From assembly GCF_020885515.1 (NCBI RefSeq), contig NZ_AP024987.1:1230001-1262000 (forward strand): a DNA stretch of 32,000 nt. Reading direction: 5' to 3'. Source of the DNA: a cyanobacterium endosymbiont of Braarudosphaera bigelowii. Its GTDB lineage: Bacteria; Cyanobacteriota; Cyanobacteriia; Cyanobacteriales; Microcystaceae. Under the pieces are notes generated by a model. That model was given only the letters and a program-made list of their open reading frames with translations, was not told the DNA's origin and did not search any database. Made by a program: the position numbers and the translations under genes. Below are positions 22,755 to 32,000 of the stretch, in pieces. Position 1 is the first letter of the stretch, and each line of letters begins with the position of its first letter.

Positions 22755-22780
22755 TAGCACTCAAGGATTAAGAGTGCTAA
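22754..22780 (+). promoter_or_regulatory. CIRCE (HrcA operator) upstream of groESL
   Basis: TTAGCACTC-AAGGATTAA-GAGTGCTAA: perfect 9-9-9 CIRCE inverted repeat. Confidence 0.97.
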
Positions 22781-22844
22781 CTCTATAAAAAGTTACCTTA
22801 AAGAACTCTTGATTTTTCAATAAATATTAAAGGAGGATTTATTC

Positions 22845-23156
22845 ATGGCAGCAATCAGTATTAATGTATCTACCGTTAAGCCCCTTGGAGATCGTATTTT
22901 TCTTAAGGTCAATCCTGCTGAAGAAAAAACTGCTGGCGGTATTTTATTGCCAGATAATGCTCAAGAAAAGCCTCAAATAGGTGAAGTTGTTTCTGTTGGG
23001 CCTGGCAAACGTAATGATGATGGTAGTCGTTCTGAACTGGATGTCAAGGTAGGTGATAAAGTCCTTTACTCTAAATATGCTGGAACTGATGTCAAGCTAT
23101 CTGGAGAAGACTATGTACTACTTTCTGAAAAAGATATCCTAGCAGCTGTTGCTTAA
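22845..23156 (+). CDS. groS: Co-chaperonin GroES
   Basis: [44 protein letters not shown]; GGAGG RBS upstream; followed by groL. Confidence 0.98.
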   Translation: MAAISINVSTVKPLGDRIFLKVNPAEEKTAGGILLPDNAQEKPQIGEVVSVGPGKRNDDGSRSELDVKVGDKVLYSKYAGTDVKLSGEDYVLLSEKDILAAVA

Positions 23157-23213
23157 AATATACATAGCAAATTCTTATTAACTTTATTTAGAATTGACAT
23201 AAAAGAGGAATAA

Positions 23214-24845
<1,632 letters not shown>

Positions 24846-24852
24846 TAACTGC

Positions 24853-24925
24853 TTCTTAATTAAATAAATAAGGAATGCTCTGTCTTTTTATAAGACAGAG
24901 CATTCCTTATTTATTTAATTAAGAA
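24853..24925. terminator. Bidirectional terminator / long perfect inverted repeat between convergent groL and kaiC
   Basis: 34-bp perfect arms TTCTTAATTAAATAAATAAGGAATGCTCTGTCTT / AAGACAGAGCATTCCTTATTTATTTAATTAAGAA with a 5-nt loop TTTAT. Confidence 0.85.
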
Positions 24926-24958
24926 TAAATTTAATCTATTTTGCCAGAAAATGTAACG

Positions 24959-26518
24959 CTATGATCCCGTTGCATCTCTAACACCATGAATAGTGTGCGA
25001 AAGTTCATTTGTCTCATTGAAAGCTACTCTAGTTTTAGAATTACTGACTATATCTTCACAGTTACGAAAAAAGTCTTGAATAATAGGGCCATTATGATTA
25101 ATAATATATTGTCTGATATTTTTATCATGCCAAGATCCCCTCATCTTAAAGACATTAATTGATTTAGACATTTTTCCATGATTTTCTACATATTTAAGCA
25201 TTAATATTGTATCTGTAATAGTAGAAATATGAGTCTCTGTAATAGAGTAATCCTCCATAAGCTGATCAGTTGTATTAGTAAAAAATCCTGTAATTTCTTC
25301 TTGTTTTACATATCCTGTGATTCCAGTTACAAATTGATGAAAAGCATTTTTTGTAACACCTCGAGCTAGAGCAGATAGAGAATCAATAGCAATACGAGAA
25401 GGTTTAAATCTGGAAATTTCTGACTTGATCATTTGTAAGTGATCTTCTAGACCAGCAGATTCTGGATAAGTACATAATAGTTTAAGAAGCCCTTTATGCT
25501 CCATTTCCTCAAAATTAATCCCCCAAGACATGGCATTACGAGACAACTGAGCCTTAGATTCTTCATAAGCAAATAAAATTACTCTTTCTTTTTGATGACA
25601 TCCTTCTTCTAAGAATTTACTTAAAAATAAAGTTTTTCCAGTTCCTGTAGTACCTGTTGCTAAAATAATAGAATCTTTGAAGAATCCCCCTCCACACATT
25701 TCATTAAGAGTTTGTACTCCAGAAGAAATACGTATGTTAGATGATCTTTGAGTTAATCTCATTGCTCCTAAAGGAAATATGTTAATTCCATCATTAATAA
25801 TAGTGAATGGATACTCTCCATTCATATGAGTTGTACCACGTAACTTGAGAATCTCAATTGTACGACGACGGCGCTCTCCTTCTAAAACATTACGTACAAC
25901 AATTACATTATCTGAGACAAATTCTTCAATACCAAATCTAGCAATTTGGCCATATTCTTCTATTCGTTCTGTAGTTAAGATAGAAGTAATTTCTAATTGT
26001 TTCAATCGAGATACAAGACGAAAAATTTCTCTTCTTATTACAGAAACAGCGTTATATTGTTGGAAAACTGTAGTTATAGAGTCAATAGAAACAAGTTTTG
26101 CTTTATATTTCTGAATGGCATATTGTATTCTTTCAATTAGTGCTGATAAATCAAAATTTTCAAATATTTCTTGTCCTTCAGGATCTGGGGACGCATCTAG
26201 AATAAATAAATAACCATCATCCACTAATTTTTGTAAGTCCCAGCCAAAACTATATGCGTTCTCAATAATATCATTTGGAGATTCTTCAAAAGTAACGAAA
26301 AGACCGGGATAGTCAAAATATTTAATCCCGTTATATAAAAATTGTATAGCAAGGAGTGTTTTTCCTGTTCCTGATGTTCCACTAACAAGTGTTGTTCTTC
26401 CTAAAGGTAGTCCTCCATGGGTTATTTCATCTAAACCATCTATCATAGTACGAATTTTACGAACACCGTTAAGAGCTAATTTTAATGGTATGTCTTTTCT
26501 TGAAAAAGGCTGATTCAT
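24959..26518 (-). CDS. kaiC: Circadian clock protein KaiC
   Basis: Two RecA-like domains with Walker A GTSGTGKT and GTTGTGKT, TFEE and YEE catalytic pairs, and TETHISTITDT carrying the equivalents of S. elongatus T426/S431/T432. 519 aa, near collinear with KaiC over its whole length. Confidence 0.97.
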   Translation of the reverse strand: MNQPFSRKDIPLKLALNGVRKIRTMIDGLDEITHGGLPLGRTTLVSGTSGTGKTLLAIQFLYNGIKYFDYPGLFVTFEESPNDIIENAYSFGWDLQKLVDDGYLFILDASPDPEGQEIFENFDLSALIERIQYAIQKYKAKLVSIDSITTVFQQYNAVSVIRREIFRLVSRLKQLEITSILTTERIEEYGQIARFGIEEFVSDNVIVVRNVLEGERRRRTIEILKLRGTTHMNGEYPFTIINDGINIFPLGAMRLTQRSSNIRISSGVQTLNEMCGGGFFKDSIILATGTTGTGKTLFLSKFLEEGCHQKERVILFAYEESKAQLSRNAMSWGINFEEMEHKGLLKLLCTYPESAGLEDHLQMIKSEISRFKPSRIAIDSLSALARGVTKNAFHQFVTGITGYVKQEEITGFFTNTTDQLMEDYSITETHISTITDTILMLKYVENHGKMSKSINVFKMRGSWHDKNIRQYIINHNGPIIQDFFRNCEDIVSNSKTRVAFNETNELSHTIHGVRDATGS

Positions 26519-26833
26519 AACTTCTTAATTAATTATATTATATTGAAATTTTTAATGGAACAACAGAAGAAAGCTGAATCTTAAATATTTTTATAAGGAG
26601 AATCTAGCTTAATTTAAAAAATCTTTTTTGCTATAAAAAATTTTAGAATTGTAATCGCAGATTTGTATTAATAACCAATATATTATTTTTTATTGTAATT
26701 TCTTTAAAAAATCAATAATTTTTGTATACAAATTCTTTCAGCTTTATTTATTTATATCTATTTGGACTGTAGTAAATAATTAATTTATATAGTTAGTTAC
26801 TGTACAGTCAGAATTCATTTTTAATCTTACAAT

Positions 26834-27203
26834 TTATTTTAAAGTAGAAAAACGATATATCTCTTCTAAATAGGCAAAGACATCAATAATAGTTAAATCA
26901 TAATCTAAAAATATTTTATATTTATCTCTTTTAACTTGATCTATTGTGGTGGTTCATCAATTAATTCCATACGAATTTTTAAAATCTGAGAAATTGATTT
27001 ATTGGTAGCAAGAGTTGTTTAATAAATTAATTAGTAAATTTACTGATTTTGACATAGTTTTAATAACTTTTTACTACTTCTCAGAAAAGTTGCAATAAGA
27101 ATATTGGTTATCTTTTCTATAATAGTTCTCCAAGTATTTAAGCTTTTAAACTAATCTGTATTTTTTTAGCAATAAAAATATTTCTCGTAATATGATTAGG
27201 CCC
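26834..27203 (-). pseudogene. kaiA: kaiA pseudogene (C-terminal domain remnant)
   Basis: Successive fragments in KaiA order but different frames: GPNHITRNIFIAKKIQISLKA (from 27203); KLKYLENYYRKDNQYSYCNFSEK** (from 27145, cf. RLGYLGVYYKRDP..F.RNL); TLATNKSISQILKIRMELIDE (about 27015-26953, cf. FFADVPVTKVVEIHMELMDE); QVKRDKYKIFLDYDLTIIDVFAYLEEIYRFSTLK* (26938-26834, cf. ILLDYRLTLIDVIAHLCEMYRRS). Located directly upstream of kaiC in the same orientation. Confidence 0.88.
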
Positions 27204-27760
27204 TAAGCATCAAGAAAAAGTGACATCATAGTTAATAAATGTTTTAATAATGAGCTTTAGCATTATATTAAAAATAATCTAGAAATTAACTATTATATTT
27301 AGTAAATCTTTCCTTTATATTAAAGTTTATTCAAAAAAGTGTAAGTGATGTTGGAATACTTTATTTACAAAGTTTGTGTAAGATATATATTACACTTAAT
27401 TTCTGCTATATTAATGGACTATTTATTAATAGTTAGTTTTCTCTAAAGAAACGTAATAGTTTTTTGACTCTAATTATGATATAGATATGATGATTTCAAT
27501 TCCTCAATTTATTATTTAGTTACTAAACAATAAGTTGATCACTAGTCTAAAGATAAATTAATGTCTCAGCATACAATGTTCTTCAAGAAAATAGGAAGAA
27601 TTCAAATGAAATCTTTCGCTAAAAATTTAACATAAATATTTATCTTTTGTTTTCACATTAGTTAAAAGTAAAGAAGACTGCATTTATTAATAAGTAAATG
27701 AAGATTAAAATAAATTATGTTCAACTTAATATTTTCATTAATAAAAGGTGATATTTAATA

Positions 27761-28237
27761 ATGATAAGATTAGCAACAAGAATTGAAGCAGTTTTATACC
27801 TTAAAGGTCAATCTCTGAGTCTGGTCGATATTGCTAAATATCTGAACTGTAAAACTGAAGTTGTACAAGATGCAATAATTGAATTAATGTCTGATTACGC
27901 ATATCGTGACAGTGCACTGGAAGTTATAGAAACAGAAAATGGTTATAGCTTACAACTCCGTCCAGTCTTTAACGATCTTACAGACAACATAATTCCTGCC
28001 GAATTAGGGAAAGCAGTGTTGAGAACTTTAGCGGCAATTGCTCTCAAGAATCCTATTGTTCAAACTGAATTAATTGAATTGAGAGGGAATAGTGCTTATC
28101 AACATGTACAAAAATTAGTAGAGCTAGATTTTATTCGTAAATATAGCAAGAAACCTGGACGTTCCTATCTTTTATCAATTACCCCTAAATTTCATCAGTA
28201 TTTCGAAATTGATCAGCTTCCAAAGTCAGTGAATTAG
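27761..28237 (+). CDS. scpB: Segregation and condensation protein B
   Basis: IEAVLYLKGQSLSLVDIAKYL, RTLAAIALKNPIVQTELIELRG, LIRKYSKKPGRSYLL-type winged-helix ScpB pattern. Confidence 0.85.
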   Translation: MIRLATRIEAVLYLKGQSLSLVDIAKYLNCKTEVVQDAIIELMSDYAYRDSALEVIETENGYSLQLRPVFNDLTDNIIPAELGKAVLRTLAAIALKNPIVQTELIELRGNSAYQHVQKLVELDFIRKYSKKPGRSYLLSITPKFHQYFEIDQLPKSVN

Positions 28238-28339
28238 ATTCTTAGCTATTTTTTCGAGTAAGGCTTATATTGTAATGGTATATGACAATAGCAGAACATA
28301 AATAAATTAAAATTAAACTCAAATTTGGAGTTCTAGAGA

Positions 28340-28696
28340 ATGGTATTCAACTTTGATTTTCTCTCAGAAGAACAAGATCCTAGCCCCCTCATACAATATC
28401 TTAAACAACAGCAACCTGAAACACTATCACGAATAGCACAATCTGTTAGTTTAGAAGTTGAGCAAATTATTACCAAAAATGTACAAGGACTAATGGGAAT
28501 ACTTTCTTCCGGAGACTTTAATATACGAATAGCTACTGATCGCGAAAGTCTAGATAACCTTCTTGCTTCTGCAATGATGACAGGATACTTTCTTAGTAAA
28601 ATAGAACAACGTAAAGATCTAGAAGTTAATTTTTCTAATACTGAATTTTCAAATTCAAGCTTATCTTCCAGCCAGACAGAGGAACAAAAAGAATAG
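28340..28696 (+). CDS. DUF760-like cyanobacterial protein
   Basis: SPLIQYLKQQQPETLSRIAQSVSLEVEQIITKNVQGLMGILSSGDFNIRIATDRESLDNLLASAMMTGYFLSKIEQR resembles the cyanobacterial/plastid DUF760 family. Confidence 0.7.
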   Translation: MVFNFDFLSEEQDPSPLIQYLKQQQPETLSRIAQSVSLEVEQIITKNVQGLMGILSSGDFNIRIATDRESLDNLLASAMMTGYFLSKIEQRKDLEVNFSNTEFSNSSLSSSQTEEQKE

Positions 28697-28755
28697 TGAT
28701 AAGAGAAATCATAGAGAAAATTTACTTTTTTTCTATAATTTCTCTTAGTAAAAAT

Positions 28756-28851
28756 TTATCCGCCTCTAGAAAAGCTTCCCATTACAAAAGCAGATAGTAA
28801 TATTCCTGGACTTAGTAAAGCAATTAATAGCAACAATTGATCAACAGTCAT
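28756..28851 (-). CDS. Candidate unannotated 31-aa single-TM peptide
   Basis: Manual translation: MTVDQLLLLIALLSPGILLSAFVMGSFSRGG*. Well-formed single hydrophobic helix with polar ends, downstream of pcxA on the same strand; absent from the ORF track. Confidence 0.5.
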   Translation of the reverse strand: MTVDQLLLLIALLSPGILLSAFVMGSFSRGG

Positions 28852-28937
28852 AAATGTTATTTTAGATTGTAATATCTTCCACTTGTTAAATTAACGCAAT
28901 TCCTCCAAAATTTCGCTAAGTTAACTAAATTTTAATA

Positions 28938-30257
28938 TTATTCATTCATGTTTTTATAAGTAGCTACAGCCGAAGGAGAAATACGATTAAGATAGCGAAA
29001 TATCCAATATTTAAGTACTGTGTCCAAAATAACAGGGAATGTTGCAATAAAAAGGAAATTAAACTCTTGGTTTTCTGGTAATCCAAAATGATGGGAGATT
29101 CCTTCTAAAATAACTTCCCATCCATGTGGAGAATGAAATCCAACAAACATATCTGTAAATAGAATAATTAAAAATGCTTTGGCTGGATCACTTAATCCAT
29201 ATAAGATTTCGTCTAGAAAAGCTTTTAAAATTTCTATCTCTTTCCTACTAAAAATAACAACTATTACAAAAGCAGTGACAGAAAAAAGATCAGCAAAAAC
29301 ATTGCCAACTGAATTTATACCCTGTATCCGATATTGCTGTGTTATTTCTTGAGCTTTCTCTTTAACCTTTTCTTCAACTTTTTCTTCATTCAAAGGTTCT
29401 CTTAGTCCTATTAAGCCTTGAAATCTGAGAATTTCTTCATAATGACTCAACTCTTCAAAAGCTTCTTCTTCTAAATCTTTGTTAATAAATACTACTTGTC
29501 CATGATCTTGAAAATATTGACGAATTATTGGAGTTAATAAAAATGTTTTAGTTAACTGATGAGTCAGTAAAGGAATTATGATTAGTAGTAAAATAAATTT
29601 GATAGAAAGGGCAGTTCTTAATCGAGATTTACGATGTCTATTTAAAACCTTTTCTTCACTATCCTCTGATTTAGGATCTATTTCTTGTCTTAGTCTATTC
29701 AGTGTATCAACAAAAGATCGTGGTAAAACACCTATGTTTTGATTTATAGACTCTAGACGATGCCTATCTTTTGGAGATATATTTTCAATGTTATTAGTTT
29801 CTTCTTTTATTTTAAGTGCAGTCTGTGTTGAACTAGTAGAGTTATTTGAATTATTTTCATTTCTACTTAAGTTATATTTCAATATAATCTTGTCAATAAA
29901 TTTTAACTTTTCAAGAACAACTGTATTTTTTATAAAATTCTGTTGTTCTTCTTCATTTAGTATTTTTTCTTCATAAATATCTTGTGAGATATTTATAAAC
30001 TTTAAGAATAGTCGACTAGTTTTGAAAATATTTAGCTCTGAATTAATTTTTTTGAGATAGCTATCAATTTCTATCTTAAAATATGAAACAACACTGCTAC
30101 CATAACTAGTATGATCTTGAGATATTATTTGTCCACCAAAATATTTATCTTCAATTTCTTTTACTTTTAAAGCCATTTTATAGGCACGGTCTAAAGATCT
30201 CTCTGGAGTTGATGTCAGCCAATCAAAAGTTTTTTTAATCAAGAACTGAATTTTCAT
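28938..30257 (-). CDS. pcxA: Proton extrusion protein PcxA (CotA/CemA family)
   Basis: SFDWLTSTPERSLDRAYKMALKVKEIEDKYFGG-like N-terminus and CemA C-terminus FTDMFVGFHSPHGWEVILEGISHHFGLPENQEFNFLFIATFPVILDTVLKYWIFRYLNRISPSAVATY. Confidence 0.93.
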   Translation of the reverse strand: MKIQFLIKKTFDWLTSTPERSLDRAYKMALKVKEIEDKYFGGQIISQDHTSYGSSVVSYFKIEIDSYLKKINSELNIFKTSRLFLKFINISQDIYEEKILNEEEQQNFIKNTVVLEKLKFIDKIILKYNLSRNENNSNNSTSSTQTALKIKEETNNIENISPKDRHRLESINQNIGVLPRSFVDTLNRLRQEIDPKSEDSEEKVLNRHRKSRLRTALSIKFILLLIIIPLLTHQLTKTFLLTPIIRQYFQDHGQVVFINKDLEEEAFEELSHYEEILRFQGLIGLREPLNEEKVEEKVKEKAQEITQQYRIQGINSVGNVFADLFSVTAFVIVVIFSRKEIEILKAFLDEILYGLSDPAKAFLIILFTDMFVGFHSPHGWEVILEGISHHFGLPENQEFNFLFIATFPVILDTVLKYWIFRYLNRISPSAVATYKNMNE

Positions 30258-30345
30258 AGTAACTAGTGCTTATTTACAATGAGTAAAAAATTAAAGAATA
30301 AAAATATTTTAGAAATGATTGTATGTTAACTAATTTAATTGAGGA

Positions 30346-32000
30346 ATGTTTGTGAAGTTAAACTCCTTATGGATTGAAGGAACTACTCGTACTGGCAAAA
30401 CAACCCAATTAGTTAAGAAGTTTTTTTACTTAATTCAAGAGAGGGGAAATGGCCAAAGTTTAACCCCTATACAATCAATTACTCATAACCTTGCTTCATC
30501 AGTATTAGTTTTATCTGCAAATGACGATAATCGTCGTAAATTGTTTGATAAACTTTCTTCTATAACTAAAGGTAAATATGCTATTCATTGTAAAACACCT
30601 TTAGGATTCATGAGAGATGAATTAAAGTTATTTTGGCCTCTTCTATTTAAAAAACTAAAGCTAAAGGAAGAATTCCCTTTATTTTTAAGAACCGAAACTG
30701 AACAAGCATTCGCCACTAAATTATGGAAACCATATTTAGAAAAGTATCAAATATTACTTACTAAGAATCATGAGTTTCGCTTTATTCGCCAAACTCTAGA
30801 CTTATTGCAATTAGCAAGTGCTAGTGGGGTAATGGTTGAAGACATATCCTTTATATTAGAGTATGGCTTAAAAGAAGAATACTACTTTTTAAAAGAATTC
30901 CATAGCTCTATCCATACTAAAAAAACTTTGCCAAAGTTACAGCAGAAATTAATTACACAATGGAAAGGATGGTGTTTTAGTCGTGGCATAATAACTTATG
31001 GACTTATCTATAACTTATATTGGCAGTATTTATTGCCTAACTCTCAATATAGAGATTTTTTAATTAACCGTTATCGTGGAATTTTTGCAGATGATATTGA
31101 TGACTATCCTGCTATAACTAAAGATTTATTTCAATTTTTTATAGATCATCAAAAATTTTGTGTTTTTACTTACAATCCATATGGACAAGTTAGATTAGGT
31201 CTAAGCGCTGACCCTAAGTACTTATGTCGTATAAAGCCTTATTGTAATACGATAATATTATCTACATATCCAAAACTTTTTGATATCAGCAATCAACTTA
31301 TCTTAGAACAAATAGATAATCCTTTATCTTCAAAAAAACTTCCTTACTTTTTCTCATCAATTAAAACTTCTTCAAGAGCCGAACTTCTTCAAAAAACAGC
31401 CAATTTTATAGTTAAGGCTATTGAAAATCATCAAGTTACTCCTAACGAAATTGCAATTATTGCACCTGGTTTAGATGAAATCGCACGTTACACTCTAATT
31501 GAGACCTTATCAACAGCTAATATTCCTGTTAGATTATTAAATGAACAACGTCCTCTGATAAGTTTCCCAATTATTCGTGCATTATTAACTCTTTTGGGAC
31601 TAGTTTTTCCTGGACTAGGACAATTTGTTGAAACACATGATATTGCGCAAATGCTCACTATATTAAGCTATGATTATGAAAATAATACAATGATAATTGA
31701 CCCTGTTAGATCAGGAATCTTAGCTGATAATTGTTTTTATATGGATAAACAACATCCTAAGCTATTACCGTTAGAGCAATATTCTAGGTGGGATAGGATG
31801 GGATACAATGCTGCTAAGGCTTATAAAAGGTTATATTCTTGGGTAAAAGAAACAAGATATGAAATAGAACAAAAACAACCTGCTAACCCTATAGAAGTTA
31901 TCGATTCAGCAATTAAAAAATTTATAGAATCTAGGTATCAATTACCTCATGAACAACTATTAGCTCTGAAAGAACTTACAGAAACTGCCCAACATTTTTG
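30346..32000 (+). CDS. Partial P-loop helicase/recombinase-like protein (UvrD/RexB-like), running off the right edge
   Basis: Manual translation from ATG 30346: MFVKLNSLWIEGTTRTGKTTQLVKKFFYLIQERG...VLSANDDNRRKLFDKL...RGIFADDIDDYPAITKDLFQFF...NEIAIIAPGLDEIARYTLIETLSTANIPVRLLNEQRPLISFPIIRALLTLLGLVFPG; Walker A GTTRTGKT and an SF1-helicase-like domain order. Confidence 0.65.
   Translation, partial: MFVKLNSLWIEGTTRTGKTTQLVKKFFYLIQERGNGQSLTPIQSITHNLASSVLVLSANDDNRRKLFDKLSSITKGKYAIHCKTPLGFMRDELKLFWPLLFKKLKLKEEFPLFLRTETEQAFATKLWKPYLEKYQILLTKNHEFRFIRQTLDLLQLASASGVMVEDISFILEYGLKEEYYFLKEFHSSIHTKKTLPKLQQKLITQWKGWCFSRGIITYGLIYNLYWQYLLPNSQYRDFLINRYRGIFADDIDDYPAITKDLFQFFIDHQKFCVFTYNPYGQVRLGLSADPKYLCRIKPYCNTIILSTYPKLFDISNQLILEQIDNPLSSKKLPYFFSSIKTSSRAELLQKTANFIVKAIENHQVTPNEIAIIAPGLDEIARYTLIETLSTANIPVRLLNEQRPLISFPIIRALLTLLGLVFPGLGQFVETHDIAQMLTILSYDYENNTMIIDPVRSGILADNCFYMDKQHPKLLPLEQYSRWDRMGYNAAKAYKRLYSWVKETRYEIEQKQPANPIEVIDSAIKKFIESRYQLPHEQLLALKELTETAQHF

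Noticed and set aside
25845-26114. 89-aa plus-strand ORF within kaiC
   Set aside because: Antisense to the conserved kaiC CI domain.
29788-29976. 62-aa plus-strand ORF within pcxA
   Set aside because: Antisense shadow of the Asn/Ser-rich linker of pcxA.

Overview
AT-rich cyanobacterial chromosome segment. Gene content and erosion suggest a genome-reduced, UCYN-A/nitroplast-like unicellular lineage; this taxonomy is inferred, not proven. Supported genes: partial LpxB-like protein (-); sufB-sufC-sufD-sufS (-); tRNA-Thr(UGU); secA; tRNA-Ser(UGA) (-); metG; LabA/NYN-domain gene; LptC-like lipoprotein; DegT/DnrJ/EryC1 aminotransferase; acs; tatC; small conserved-looking membrane/coiled-coil ORF; psaM (30 aa, absent from the ORF track); 4-TMS holin-family ORF; TolC-family gene; groS-groL with promoter, CIRCE and K-box; kaiC; scpB; DUF760-like ORF; a 31-aa unannotated hydrophobic ORF; pcxA; and a partial P-loop helicase/nuclease-like ORF running off the right edge. 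The most notable observation is an eroded kaiA pseudogene upstream of an intact kaiC, at about 26834-27203 on the minus strand. Its KaiA C-terminal-domain residues are spread over several frames with stops, and no kaiB is recognisable in the 315 bp between the two. I also found a 34-bp perfect inverted repeat between convergent groL and kaiC, and a K-box/promoter/CIRCE array in front of groESL. I found no convincing new defence system, mobile element or CRISPR array.
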